From the NCBI GenBank assembly GCA_041572575.1, contig JBFFSH010000005.1, positions 1 through 54,039 on the forward strand: 54,039 nt of DNA, read 5' to 3'. This document shows positions 20,838 to 30,997 of this stretch, in pieces (position 1 is the stretch's first letter; the number at the start of each line of letters is the position of its first letter). The notes below the pieces were generated by a model. It was given only the letters and a program-made list of their open reading frames with translations, did not search any database and had not been told where the DNA came from. This stretch comes from Thermodesulfobacteriota bacterium (GTDB taxonomy: Bacteria; Desulfobacterota_D; UBA1144; Nemesobacterales; N074bin48). The position numbers and the translations under genes were made by a program.

Positions 20838-22368
20838 TTGAGAATTTGGTACCTGCTTTGCTTGATAGCTTTATAGTGCCATGAAGCTGATCTACAAGAC
20901 TGCATACTAGCTGCATTCCAAGAGTATTGGTCTTTTTATAATCAATATCCTTTGGAAATCCAACGCCGTTATCACTAATTGTAATCTGTATATCTGAGTT
21001 TTTCAGCATGCGGGCTTTAATATCTATTATATTATTACTCTTAGAAGATTTTAATGGTTTTAGTGGAAATGCATGCTTTAGAGAGTTAGATATGAGTTCA
21101 TTAATAATAAGGCTGCATGGCACAGCTTTATCAATATCTAAGCTAAATTCATCAAGCTCCATTTTCGTTTCTATATGACCCGGATAAATCTGGAATGAAC
21201 TGTAGAGATTTTCAACTAATAGAGATATATAATCACTAAAGTTTATATGCTCAAAGTCTTCTGAACTATAAAGATGTTCATGTATAAGGGCTATGGACTG
21301 GATTCTTCTCTCACTCTCTTCAAGCATATAAAGTGAGTTGCTGTCCTCAAGACCATCCATTTGCAGTCCTATCATGCTCGAGATAAGCTGTAAATTATTT
21401 TTGACTCTATGGTGGACTTCTTTTAAGAGCACTTCTTTTTCTTTTAACGATGACTTGAGCTTTTTTTCTGCTTCTTTACGGTGATTGATTTCATTTAATA
21501 ATTTTAAATTTGTGTTAGTAAGTTCATGTGTGCGTAGTTCTACCCTTTTTTCCAAATTAATATTTAGTTTCTGTATGCCCTGTTCGGCATGTTTTCTTTG
21601 AGTGATATCCTCGAGCACTCCCATTACATCTGTTACTTTTTTGCCGGAGTCTTTTAGAGGTGATACACAGCAATAAAGCCAGGTGTCGTCCTGATCGAAT
21701 TCAGATCTGTAGTGAATGTCCTTTTGTGAGGATTTACCTTTAAATGCTTGATTGATGAGTGATATGAGTGACTTGTCAACAAGTTTTCTGATATCTGATC
21801 CTATTAAGTGTTCAAGGTTAGTAAGAAATATATCGGCAGCTCTTTTATTACTCTCTGTAATTACCAAATCTTTATTTACAATAAAAACCCCTACGGGTGA
21901 CTGGTCGAAAAGATTGTGATATTTTTGCTCGCTCTCTCTAAGAGAGTTTACCGCCTGCCTACGCTCTTCTCTAATTTGTACTTCACGAAGCTCCCTTTCA
22001 ATGGCAGGGCTAAGTCTTGCAAGATTATCTTTCATGATATAGTCATGAGCCCCTGCTTTCATTGCTTCAACCGCAATATCTTCTCCTATTGCACCTGACA
22101 CTATAATAATAGGTATATCAACGCCCAGTTGCTTTATGATATTGATAGCGGAAAGACCCGTAAAGTTGGGAAGTGAATAATCAGATATTACAAAATCCCA
22201 TTTTTCACACTCCAGAGCGCCCTTTAATTGCTTTTCAGTTTCTACCCTTGTGTATTCAAGCTCATATCCAGATTTTTCTATCTGTCTTATAAGCAGCTTG
22301 GTGTCGTCTAAAGAATCCTCTATCAGTAATAACTTTAACTTCTTTTGCATTTTTTTACTATTTATCAT
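20824..22368 (-). CDS. Hybrid sensor: REC + PAS + HisKA_2 histidine kinase
   Basis: LLIEDS..ISDYSLP receiver; PAS; EVHHRVKNNLQ, NELISNSLKHAF, DNGVG. Confidence 0.92.
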   Translation of the reverse strand: MINSKKMQKKLKLLLIEDSLDDTKLLIRQIEKSGYELEYTRVETEKQLKGALECEKWDFVISDYSLPNFTGLSAINIIKQLGVDIPIIIVSGAIGEDIAVEAMKAGAHDYIMKDNLARLSPAIERELREVQIREERRQAVNSLRESEQKYHNLFDQSPVGVFIVNKDLVITESNKRAADIFLTNLEHLIGSDIRKLVDKSLISLINQAFKGKSSQKDIHYRSEFDQDDTWLYCCVSPLKDSGKKVTDVMGVLEDITQRKHAEQGIQKLNINLEKRVELRTHELTNTNLKLLNEINHRKEAEKKLKSSLKEKEVLLKEVHHRVKNNLQLISSMIGLQMDGLEDSNSLYMLEESERRIQSIALIHEHLYSSEDFEHINFSDYISLLVENLYSSFQIYPGHIETKMELDEFSLDIDKAVPCSLIINELISNSLKHAFPLKPLKSSKSNNIIDIKARMLKNSDIQITISDNGVGFPKDIDYKKTNTLGMQLVCSLVDQLHGTIKLSSKAGTKFSINFH

Positions 22369-22807
22369 TTGGACATTCGTTTAAAACTAACCAATACAAA
22401 CCCAATTGACCCACGGCTTCAATAAATTCTTTAAAATTTACGAGTTTTCTAATATAACTGTTAGCACCATAACTGTATCCGTTTACCAGGTCCTGCTGCT
22501 CTTTGGAAAGTGTAAGAATAACTACGGGCAGAAGTTTTGTCCTATCATCTGACCTAATCTGTTTTAACACTTCTATCCCGTCAATTTTAGGGAGTTTCAG
22601 ATCGAGCAATATAAGTTGAGGTGTATCAGATGTATCTCTGCCCTCATATTTGCCTTTACCAAACAGATAGTCCAAAGCCTCGACTCCGTCTCTTGCAACC
22701 ACAATTTCATTTCTGATATTATTTTTCTTAAGAGCTCTTAGCGTAAGTTCTTCATCGTCCGGATTATCTTCAACAAGCAAAATCACTTTATCTTTCTTAT
22801 TACCCAT
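22358..22807 (-). CDS. Single-domain response regulator, Rcp1-like
   Basis: LLVEDNPDD, LLDLKLPKIDG, GANSYIRK, C-terminal YWL. Confidence 0.92.
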   Translation of the reverse strand: MGNKKDKVILLVEDNPDDEELTLRALKKNNIRNEIVVARDGVEALDYLFGKGKYEGRDTSDTPQLILLDLKLPKIDGIEVLKQIRSDDRTKLLPVVILTLSKEQQDLVNGYSYGANSYIRKLVNFKEFIEAVGQLGLYWLVLNECPNDK

Positions 22808-22814
22808 TTAATAT

Positions 22815-25334
22815 TTAAGCCTCCGTTAATGTAAAAAAGAATGTTGCTCCTTTACCTTCTTTACCCTCTGCCCAGATTTTTCCACCATGTCTTGTGATTA
22901 CTCTTTGCACTGTGGCAAGCCCTATACCGCTTCCCCTGTAGTCCTGATCAGAATGTAGTCTTTGAAACGGCCCAAACAACTTCCCTGCATATTCCATATT
23001 AAATCCAGCACCATTATCTTTTATATAATAAATAAGCTTGTCCGAATTATTACTTATTCCAAATTCTATCATTGGATTAGTGCTTTTTGAAGTAAATTTC
23101 CATGCATTACCTATTAAATTCTCTATTGCTATATTGAGAAGTCTGGGATCACCAGTCACATTTACATTGTTTTTAATATTTACTTTAATCTTACGTGTTG
23201 GCTCTATTCTTTTGAGTTCATCTATTTTGTCACTCACTAATTTTGATAGATTAACATCTGCAAATTCCATGTCACTACGGGTTAGTCTTGATAGGTTTAG
23301 CAGGTCATCTATGAGATCCGACATTCGTTGCGAGGCTTTTCTTATACGCGTCAGATAGTCTTTTCCCTTATCATCAATTTTGTCATGATAATCTTCGAGA
23401 ACTGCCTGACTAAATCCATCCAATGCCCTTAGTGGTGATCTTAGGTCATGGGATACAGAATAGCTAAATGCCTCCAGCTCATTGTTAGCAGCTCTTAGCT
23501 GAGTAGTCCTTTCAGCAACCCTTTTTTCCAAATCAATATTTAGACTTCTTATCTCATTCTCATCTTTTTTTCTCTGGGTTATATCTTCTACCACTCCCAT
23601 CACACTATCAACATTACCTGCTTCATCCTTTATAGGTACCACTGAAGCAAGTAAGTGCAATTTAGCATTGCTGGTTGATGCCTGATAAAAGCTTTCATGA
23701 TATGCTATCTTTCCTTTTATAGCATCTTCAACAATGGGAAGAAATGTTTTGTCCTTAAGCTTATGCATATTAAGACCTATAATTTTGTCACGTGATGACT
23801 GAAAAATTCTAACCATAGAATCATTGCACTCTGTAATAGTCATGTCTTTATCAAAAATACATATACCGATTGGGGATTGATCGAATAATGTTCTATATCG
23901 TTCTTCTGATTGCCTTAATTCATTGGCTTTATTTGCATTTCTTATAGCAACTTCTATCTGTTGTATAACTATTTTCAGCATATTCAATTGTTCATCGTCA
24001 AATGCATTTTTGCTGTATGAATGCGTGTTTACAGTTCCCACTGGCATCCCTTCGTAAGTAAGAGGCAAAGAAATATAGCTCTTAGTTCCAAGTCTTATTC
24101 CTGCAGGTCCAATATGTTTATCCTTACTTGCATCTTTACAGTAAATTGGTTTACTATATCTAAGGGTCTTCCAGGTAAACCCCTTGGGGTATTGTATTGT
24201 TCCTGCACTTTTTATATAATCACTGGTTAGTCCTGTATGTGCTTTTAATATGGCCTTCATATCTTCTTTAATATAAATTGCTACAGCATCAACACCATCC
24301 ATATTTGTACATATAGAATCAGAAGCGCTTTGCAGGACTTTATCTAAGTCTATTGAAGAATGCACACTTTTTGTGACAGAACTAATAATGGATTCATATT
24401 TATTTTTTCTTATTAAATTATCCTCAGCTTTTTTGCGTAAAGTTATATCGCTTACAAACGCGCTAAATACTAATTTATCTCTCATGTGAATAGGAGATAC
24501 AGAAAGTTCCACGGGGAACTCCTCACCATTTTTACGAAGTGCTGTGATCTCAATTCTCTTATCTAAAATTTTGCTTTCACCCGTCTTTAAGAAGTTTCTA
24601 AGTCCTTTTTTGTGGGCATTGCGGTGTTGAATAGGTATAATCATATCAGACATGGTGTTGCCAATGATTTCTTTTTTGGACCAGCCAAAAATTATCTCAG
24701 CCAGAGAGTTCCAATCAATTACAGTTCCTTTCTCATCAATCATTATCACAGCGTCGAGTGCATTTTCAATGATAAGTCTAATTCTTTCTTCACTTTCTCT
24801 TAGGTTTCCCTCCGCTTCTTTTGCTTCTGTAGAATTTCTAATGATAACGATTATCTGATGTTTTGTGAGCGGTATTAACCTTGCTTCATAATATTTTTTA
24901 CCATTTTTTATTTCCAGCCAGTAGTCTACAGAACTAATAGAGTTGGTTTTTAAAACTGTTTTGATAGCATTTTTAAATTTATTACCAAGGATTTTGGGTG
25001 GGACATTCTGAATTTTCTTGCCAATCAATTTGTCGAGGGGTAAGTAAAGGTCTGATTTATCGCCTCCTTTTGTATCAAAGATGACCCCATCTATATCAAT
25101 CCATAAAAAGAGATCTGGAGAAGCATTAAAAACAGCTCTCATATCGGTATTTGCCTGCAGGAGTTCTTGTGAGCTTAAGTCCAAAGAACGTTCGAGCATT
25201 GTTCTGTCAGAATCAAACTCGGTATATGCAGAATCAACTGATTCAATAAACTCTTTTAGCTCGTCGGATAATTCATCAAAGTTATTGAAGTGTTTTTTTA
25301 ACTGTCTTTTAGGAAGGCTGTGATAATTATCCAT
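22815..25334 (-). CDS. PAS-PAS-GAF-PAS sensor histidine kinase
   Basis: YSVSHDLRSPL H-box, NLIGNAWKF, DNGAGF, GIGLA; N-terminal H..KRQL..LERSLDLSSQEL helix. Confidence 0.93.
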   Translation of the reverse strand: MDNYHSLPKRQLKKHFNNFDELSDELKEFIESVDSAYTEFDSDRTMLERSLDLSSQELLQANTDMRAVFNASPDLFLWIDIDGVIFDTKGGDKSDLYLPLDKLIGKKIQNVPPKILGNKFKNAIKTVLKTNSISSVDYWLEIKNGKKYYEARLIPLTKHQIIVIIRNSTEAKEAEGNLRESEERIRLIIENALDAVIMIDEKGTVIDWNSLAEIIFGWSKKEIIGNTMSDMIIPIQHRNAHKKGLRNFLKTGESKILDKRIEITALRKNGEEFPVELSVSPIHMRDKLVFSAFVSDITLRKKAEDNLIRKNKYESIISSVTKSVHSSIDLDKVLQSASDSICTNMDGVDAVAIYIKEDMKAILKAHTGLTSDYIKSAGTIQYPKGFTWKTLRYSKPIYCKDASKDKHIGPAGIRLGTKSYISLPLTYEGMPVGTVNTHSYSKNAFDDEQLNMLKIVIQQIEVAIRNANKANELRQSEERYRTLFDQSPIGICIFDKDMTITECNDSMVRIFQSSRDKIIGLNMHKLKDKTFLPIVEDAIKGKIAYHESFYQASTSNAKLHLLASVVPIKDEAGNVDSVMGVVEDITQRKKDENEIRSLNIDLEKRVAERTTQLRAANNELEAFSYSVSHDLRSPLRALDGFSQAVLEDYHDKIDDKGKDYLTRIRKASQRMSDLIDDLLNLSRLTRSDMEFADVNLSKLVSDKIDELKRIEPTRKIKVNIKNNVNVTGDPRLLNIAIENLIGNAWKFTSKSTNPMIEFGISNNSDKLIYYIKDNGAGFNMEYAGKLFGPFQRLHSDQDYRGSGIGLATVQRVITRHGGKIWAEGKEGKGATFFFTLTEA

Positions 25335-25337
25335 TTA

Positions 25338-26477
25338 TTACTTCTCTGAAAGTGTGGTAATGGTCATAGTTTGATTATGCAGCTCACACTTGGCATCAGG
25401 AGTGAAAGGAGAAATTTCTCCATAAGAATAGAATCCGGTAAAAACAGCCTCACTTCCCAAAATGTCTCTTACGGCTTCAACCTCTTCATCAATCCGCTGT
25501 TTCAAGACCATCTTCCTGCCCACGCAACTAATTAATATTGCAAGATCGGTAGGATCTGATCCTTTGGCTTCGAGGGATGTTTTTGCAGCCCCCGAAGCGC
25601 CGTCAATAAGCCTGTTGAAATTGGCTTTCATAAGCCTTGCAAAAGAACCCTCGGGAACATCACCCGCAAATGTCATGCTTTGATCTTTTTCATCTACAGA
25701 GAGAATGGTTCTTACTACACCAATATCTTCTTCAGTTTCTCTCAGACTGAGAGGAAATAGTAAACCTGTTGCCGGAAGCCCCTCTGCATGCTCTCCAAGG
25801 TATTTTTTGTATAGTTCCAGAGCAGATTTACCATCAAGTTCATATAGTACATTTCCCCTGGATTTTGTGATAATTCTCTCCGGGCCAAAAGAATCCCATC
25901 CACCAAGTGATGCATAGCCTATTTTAAGGTTTTTACTATATAGCCCGATAGCTGCAATACAGTTATTGTAAACCTTGTTGTTCCATAATAGATGTGTTTT
26001 GTTAAACTTGTCTCCGTCTCCCGAAAGCCCCCCTGTAACGGTGACGTTGGCGGGTAAACTGCTTAGAAGGCCTTTTACAAGCTCACTTCCGTCAATATTC
26101 AGACCTTCTGATAAAACCAGAACATGTGAAAGGTCATTATTATTTAGTGATTTAGCCAGGGATTTACCTGCCTTAAAGCTCTCAGATGCATGTTTAATAT
26201 TGGTTTTAACAGATTTTATATCAGTATTTTCGAAATAAATTGCTGTAACAGTAAGTGAATCATCCACTACCATATTGTCTATTATTTCACCTGCGGTAGA
26301 GCATCCAAGAATTTGAGAATCAGGATATGCATTATTTATTTCTTTAATAAGCTTTTTGCTATTTATATTGTTTGAGCTTCCAAAGACTAATACTAACTGA
26401 GGTGGCTTGGAGAGATTTCCGGGAATATTTGGGTTCCAGCCTTTTTTCTTTGTCCAAATTGATTGTTCTATTTTCAT
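25338..26477 (-). CDS. FIST_N/FIST_C domain protein (NosP-like sensor)
   Basis: GCSTAGEI, TGGLSGDG, LYELDG, ISCVGRK, GFYSYGEI, LHNQTMT. Confidence 0.92.
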   Translation of the reverse strand: MKIEQSIWTKKKGWNPNIPGNLSKPPQLVLVFGSSNNINSKKLIKEINNAYPDSQILGCSTAGEIIDNMVVDDSLTVTAIYFENTDIKSVKTNIKHASESFKAGKSLAKSLNNNDLSHVLVLSEGLNIDGSELVKGLLSSLPANVTVTGGLSGDGDKFNKTHLLWNNKVYNNCIAAIGLYSKNLKIGYASLGGWDSFGPERIITKSRGNVLYELDGKSALELYKKYLGEHAEGLPATGLLFPLSLRETEEDIGVVRTILSVDEKDQSMTFAGDVPEGSFARLMKANFNRLIDGASGAAKTSLEAKGSDPTDLAILISCVGRKMVLKQRIDEEVEAVRDILGSEAVFTGFYSYGEISPFTPDAKCELHNQTMTITTLSEK

Positions 26478-26622
26478 CTCAAACTAAATTATATAAATTT
26501 CCTTGATATTTATCAATTTATATCTTGTTTCATTACTAAAATCAGTTAGTTCTATCTCTTATACTTTCAGATTCAGTTATGTAAATCCGGTTATATTTAA
26601 CGCTAACTTATTAAATAAAGAG

Positions 26623-27318
26623 ATGAACCAAAATATTCTGGTAATAATTCCTGCATTCAATGAGCAGAATTCCATTGGAAGTGTGTTAACTGATATTCCA
26701 AAGGATTTGGTTAGTGAAGTCGTTGTTGTAAATAACAACTCCACCGATGATACAGAAAAAGTTGCCGTGAGTCTAGGTGCTACAGTTCTTAGTGAAAATA
26801 GAAGAGGGTATGGGTACGCATGCTTAGGAGGTATTGAATACGCAAAATCTAAGCCTGCAAAAGAAAAGCCGGATGTGATTGTATTTTTGGATGGGGATTA
26901 CTCAGACTTCCCACAGGAAATGACAGAGGTTGTAAGACCCATTACTGAAGATGGTTTTGATATGGTAATAGGTTCCAGAACTATTGGTAATAGGGAAGCC
27001 GGAAGCATGCTTCCGCAGGCATTGGCTGGGAACTTTATTGCTACAAAACTTATAAAGTTATTCTATGGATATAGCTTTACAGACCTTGGACCTTTTAGAG
27101 CGATTAAGTTTGATAAACTTTTAGAATTAGATATGCGGGATACAACATACGGCTGGACTGTTGAGATGCAGATTAAAGCCGCCAAGAAAAAACTCAAGTG
27201 TACTGAAGTTCCTGTTTTTTACAGGAAGAGAATCGGTGTGTCAAAGATAACGGGAACTATAGAAGGAACTATTAAAGCAAGCTACAAAATACTCTGGACA
27301 ATATTTAAGTATTTATGA
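26623..27318 (+). CDS. Glycosyltransferase family 2 (polyprenol-phosphate glycosyltransferase-like); start likely 26623
   Basis: IIPAFNE, VNNNSTDDT, GYGYAC, FLDGD, VIGSR, TDLGPFRAI. Confidence 0.9.
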   Translation: MNQNILVIIPAFNEQNSIGSVLTDIPKDLVSEVVVVNNNSTDDTEKVAVSLGATVLSENRRGYGYACLGGIEYAKSKPAKEKPDVIVFLDGDYSDFPQEMTEVVRPITEDGFDMVIGSRTIGNREAGSMLPQALAGNFIATKLIKLFYGYSFTDLGPFRAIKFDKLLELDMRDTTYGWTVEMQIKAAKKKLKCTEVPVFYRKRIGVSKITGTIEGTIKASYKILWTIFKYL

Positions 27319-27324
27319 TATTGA

Positions 27325-27576
27325 CTACCCCTCTTTTATCCATTCAGTCATGAGCTTTTTGATCTGAGTTTGATATGGTACTCCCACAAGCTTAGACCTG
27401 GTTTTGAATGCATTTAAAAGATTTTCTGGAATTTTGATGCTTATTAGCTTGCTTTTTGATCTATCAACTGAGCCATGAAGAGTTCTAAAATCATCTAGGA
27501 ATTGAATGATTTGTTCTGGTGTCATTTTTTTGCATTGTTCTAAATATTCTTTTGATAGATACTGAACTGGTCTCAT
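27325..27576 (-). CDS. CopG/BrnA-like RHH protein, putative antitoxin
   Basis: C-terminal SKLISIKIPENLL..GVPYQTQIKKLM; 4-bp overlap with the upstream NTase. Confidence 0.75.
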   Translation of the reverse strand: MRPVQYLSKEYLEQCKKMTPEQIIQFLDDFRTLHGSVDRSKSKLISIKIPENLLNAFKTRSKLVGVPYQTQIKKLMTEWIKEG

Positions 27577-28037
27577 TGTTTTAAGCTCCGTAGAATTTTT
27601 ATATCTTCTATGTCCTGAGGTCTTCCACTTCTTTTTTTCATTTTGATAAGATCATTCATAGAAACTACTTTTAAAATATTGTTATTAGAATTGATATTTA
27701 TTGTTTTAAATTTTTTAAGGTCTTCTAATAGTAATATGTCCACAGATTCTATTGGATTATTTAAATTAATGAAATTCCAGGCGATAAGGTTTCTGTTATT
27801 AATGTATTCTTCTCTAAAATTAAATACTTCTTCAGCTTTTATTGGTAATCTCGATTGTAAACCAATTTGTTCTAAAGTTTTTTCGATTTTTAAGAAACTC
27901 TCTTTTTCTAATTTGATGATCAAATCTATATCAACTGTACCTCTAACTGCTCCGTGAAAGGCAACGGCATATCCACCTGCAATAGCATATTCAATATTGT
28001 TTTCGGCTAGTTTTTTAACTAATTTATATATAAACAT
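27573..28037 (-). CDS. Nucleotidyltransferase (DUF6036/AbiEii/MenT-like), putative toxin
   Basis: IAGGYAVAFHG..RGTVDIDL and KMKKRSGRPQDIED motifs. Confidence 0.8.
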   Translation of the reverse strand: MFIYKLVKKLAENNIEYAIAGGYAVAFHGAVRGTVDIDLIIKLEKESFLKIEKTLEQIGLQSRLPIKAEEVFNFREEYINNRNLIAWNFINLNNPIESVDILLLEDLKKFKTININSNNNILKVVSMNDLIKMKKRSGRPQDIEDIKILRSLKQ

Positions 28038-28065
28038 ATGGGTATATACCAGTATATACCCATAT
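28036..28065. promoter_or_regulatory. Perfect 14-bp inverted repeat, likely operator
   Basis: ATATGGGTATATAC-CA-GTATATACCCATAT; overlaps the NTase start codon and a minus-strand TATACT -10 element. Confidence 0.8.
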
Positions 28066-28143
28066 TTAAGTAAAATAAAGAGTACTTCAAGTTGATTAAC
28101 TTATTATAATATATAATACATAAAACAATTGGAGGGTGCTTAC

Positions 28144-28842
28144 ATGTCTAATCCCGTATGCGCAATTATTGGTATCGGCCCGGGAAACGGGCTGTCATTT
28201 GCCAAGAAGTTTTCAAAAGAGGGTTATTCTGTTGCTCTTTGTTCTAGAAATTTGAACAGGCTGCAGGAATATGCAGATCAAATCGATAATGCGCATGCTT
28301 TTGAATATGATGTGACGGATGCTGAAGCAGCGGATACAGTTTTTTCACAAATCAGAGAGAAATTAGGTCCGGTCAGCACATTAATATACAATGCCGGTGC
28401 GGGGGATTTTTCAAACTTTGATGATTCCACACTTAAAAGTTTTCAGCGTGCATGGGAAGTAAACGCCGGTGGACTGTTTACAGCAGTAAAAGCTGTACTG
28501 GCTGATATCAGAAGTTGTAAAGGGAATATAGTTGTAATTGGCGCTACGGCCTCACTGCGAGGTGGTATTAATACAGTACCGTTTGCCTCTGCCAAATCTG
28601 CGCAGAGAAGTCTTGCACAGTCACTCTCTAAGAGTTTGGGCCCTGAGGGAGTGCATGTTTCGTATGTGATTGTTGACGGGATGATAAATTTGGAATCCAC
28701 ACGCAGAAATATGCCAGGTAAACCGGCCGAGTTTTTTATGATCCCGGATGATATTGCAGACTCAGTATATTTCTTAACTGAACAAAAAGAAAGTGCCTGG
28801 ACATTTGAGCTGGACCTCAGGCCTTTTGGAGAGAAGTGGTAG
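28144..28842 (+). CDS. Short-chain dehydrogenase/reductase; start likely 28144
   Basis: GIGPGNG Rossmann motif, YNAG, GATASLRG, FASAK, WTFELDLRP; GGAGG RBS. Confidence 0.9.
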   Translation: MSNPVCAIIGIGPGNGLSFAKKFSKEGYSVALCSRNLNRLQEYADQIDNAHAFEYDVTDAEAADTVFSQIREKLGPVSTLIYNAGAGDFSNFDDSTLKSFQRAWEVNAGGLFTAVKAVLADIRSCKGNIVVIGATASLRGGINTVPFASAKSAQRSLAQSLSKSLGPEGVHVSYVIVDGMINLESTRRNMPGKPAEFFMIPDDIADSVYFLTEQKESAWTFELDLRPFGEKW

Positions 28843-29845
28843 TGGAAATGATATCCTGAACAGAGTCGATCTTATTCAATAAATCTTCATATAGACTAAT
28901 TAATGACTGAGCTTTTGTGGTATTCTGTACGTAAAGGGTAGGGAATTTCATCTCTTCAAGCTTGAAATATTTTTCCTCAATGGCATCTGTTATATACCTG
29001 GCTGCCAATTCAAGAACTATAGTTTTAATGCCTGCAGGAATATGATCTATTTCCTCATGAGTAAGAAAAGATACAGAGTTAAAGTATCCTTCCATTAGAC
29101 TTCTAAAGATTTCCAGATCAAACTTATTTTGAGTATTACAAAAACTTCTAATTGCATCGCCAAGGTCTATGACAATTTTGTTTCGTCCAAGTGTATCAAG
29201 ATCGAGTAAACAAATGGCTTTGGTTTGGTTTTCATTAAATCTTATATTGCTAAGCTTGAGGTCACCGTGGATAATGCGGTCTGGAAGATGATCCAATACA
29301 CCTCTAACACTTTTATGTTCATTATTTATATAATCAGAAAGCTGATTTAATTGTTGATATTCCTTATTACCCTGGTTTTTAGATGTAATATTTTGTAGTT
29401 TTGAAATTATGTATTCTGTATCATGAAATTGAGGGATTTCATGTTTAAAGTGATATTGAAATCCGATTAATGAACAGTGGAAATTACCTATAATTTCACC
29501 CGCACTTTTTACTAACTGCAGATCGGAAAGTTTTTCATATGATTTCCCTTCAACAAAAGTGAGCACTCTCCAAATATAGCCTTCCTTCTCAATATATAAT
29601 TCTCCGCTATTATTTCTAATCAATTTTGGGGTTAAAATATCGCTAGATTCCAATCTTTTTGTGACAGCTTCAATATCTTCTAAAACTTCTTTGCCAATTA
29701 ATTCATGCTGCTTTTGGAGGATAAATTTTTGCCCGGATGTGTTTTCTACAAGATACGTATCATTTACTATTCCGCTGCCGTACTCTGATACATCTAATAC
29801 TTTGCCGATTGCAAATTGTTCTGATATTGAGATAACTTTTTTCAT
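28817..29845 (-). CDS. APH/choline-kinase-fold phosphotransferase (N-acetylhexosamine kinase-like)
   Basis: GSGIVNDTY, ILQK, HGDLKLSN, LLDLDT. Confidence 0.8.
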   Translation of the reverse strand: MKKVISISEQFAIGKVLDVSEYGSGIVNDTYLVENTSGQKFILQKQHELIGKEVLEDIEAVTKRLESSDILTPKLIRNNSGELYIEKEGYIWRVLTFVEGKSYEKLSDLQLVKSAGEIIGNFHCSLIGFQYHFKHEIPQFHDTEYIISKLQNITSKNQGNKEYQQLNQLSDYINNEHKSVRGVLDHLPDRIIHGDLKLSNIRFNENQTKAICLLDLDTLGRNKIVIDLGDAIRSFCNTQNKFDLEIFRSLMEGYFNSVSFLTHEEIDHIPAGIKTIVLELAARYITDAIEEKYFKLEEMKFPTLYVQNTTKAQSLISLYEDLLNKIDSVQDIISTTTSLQKA

Positions 29846-29943
29846 ATAAATTAAATATTATACTAAACTAAATTGTTTTTCAGTTTAATCTGGTAGTATA
29901 AGAAACTCAATTTAAGATAGATCATTTTTAGGAAAGAAATAAA

Positions 29944-30417
29944 ATGAGAAAAGAAACCAAGAAAACAATTGAAGTGGTTCACACTGAGCTTGTACTTCCG
30001 GGGGATACTAACCACTATGGGACAATCTTTGGTGGAAAGACACTTGCTATGATGGATATGACTGGAGCCCTTGCAGCCATGCAGTTTTGCAATGAAGATG
30101 TTGTGACAGCTTCATTTGAATCAATTGACTTTAAAAGCCCTATCAAGCAGGGTGATATCACAGAGGTTAAAGCCAAAGTTATTTATACATCTAATACATC
30201 AATGGTAGTGAAAATCGATGTATATAAGCTTGGTAAATTCCATTCCAGAAAAAGCTATACTTGTGGAGGCTATGCAACTTTTGTGGCAATAGATTCCAAT
30301 GGTGAGCCACGCTCTATACCGCAGCTCAAAATTGCCACTAAAGAAGAAAAGAGATTGGTGGAAATTGGTAAACAAATCAAGCAGAAAGCTATGGAAAGGG
30401 CTAAAAGCTCAAACTAG
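29944..30417 (+). CDS. Hotdog-fold acyl-CoA thioesterase (YciA-like)
   Basis: PGDTNHYGTIFGG..MD, VTAS..IDFKSPI, TFVAID..G.P. Confidence 0.9.
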   Translation: MRKETKKTIEVVHTELVLPGDTNHYGTIFGGKTLAMMDMTGALAAMQFCNEDVVTASFESIDFKSPIKQGDITEVKAKVIYTSNTSMVVKIDVYKLGKFHSRKSYTCGGYATFVAIDSNGEPRSIPQLKIATKEEKRLVEIGKQIKQKAMERAKSSN

Positions 30418-30426
30418 AATTAATGT

Positions 30427-30927
30427 TTATGATGCCTCAGCAAGTTCTTTTAACTTAGCTAGTTTCTTTTCCCAATCTGCTACCTGTTTATCGAGACTCT
30501 CCTGACTCTGTTTTCCGGATTCAGTATAAATATCGATTAATGTGAGCTTTGTTTTCTTTCCATTTGATTCAAGCAGCCACCTCTTCTGACAAATATAAGA
30601 TGCATTGTCAGGTTCGAGTGCAAACCGCAGTTCATTGTTTACATCGGCATAAGTCAGCAAATATGTAGTATTGTCCGACCAGACCTTGATTCTGGCAGTA
30701 TCTCCGACAGCATCAACTTTTTCTTTACCGGACAGAAACTCAAATCCTATGGCAGGTGTAAAGGTTTTTAGATCAGTGAGAACGGCCCATACTTTTTCTG
30801 CCGAAGCATTGATTTCAACAGAGCCTTTGAATACCTGACCCCCGATAGCGCTGTTCTGTACTGCTGAATAGGATGTGCCGATTGTTACCAATGATAAAAT
30901 CATTCCAAAAACAAGTGACCTAAGCAT
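30427..30927 (-). CDS. Exported SRPBCC (START/polyketide cyclase-like) protein
   Basis: Signal peptide; SVEINASAEKVWAVLTD; C-terminal W..LAKLKELAE helix. Confidence 0.75.
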   Translation of the reverse strand: MLRSLVFGMILSLVTIGTSYSAVQNSAIGGQVFKGSVEINASAEKVWAVLTDLKTFTPAIGFEFLSGKEKVDAVGDTARIKVWSDNTTYLLTYADVNNELRFALEPDNASYICQKRWLLESNGKKTKLTLIDIYTESGKQSQESLDKQVADWEKKLAKLKELAEAS

Positions 30928-30997
30928 GTTGACCTAATCTCCTTAAATATAAGTATGATACTAAGAGTATAGCATCAAAAAGTGAGGATAACATAAA

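Noticed and set aside
26503-26622. N-terminal extension of the GT2 ORF
   Set aside because: The TTG-start extension crosses the divergent promoter region; family similarity begins at ATG 26623
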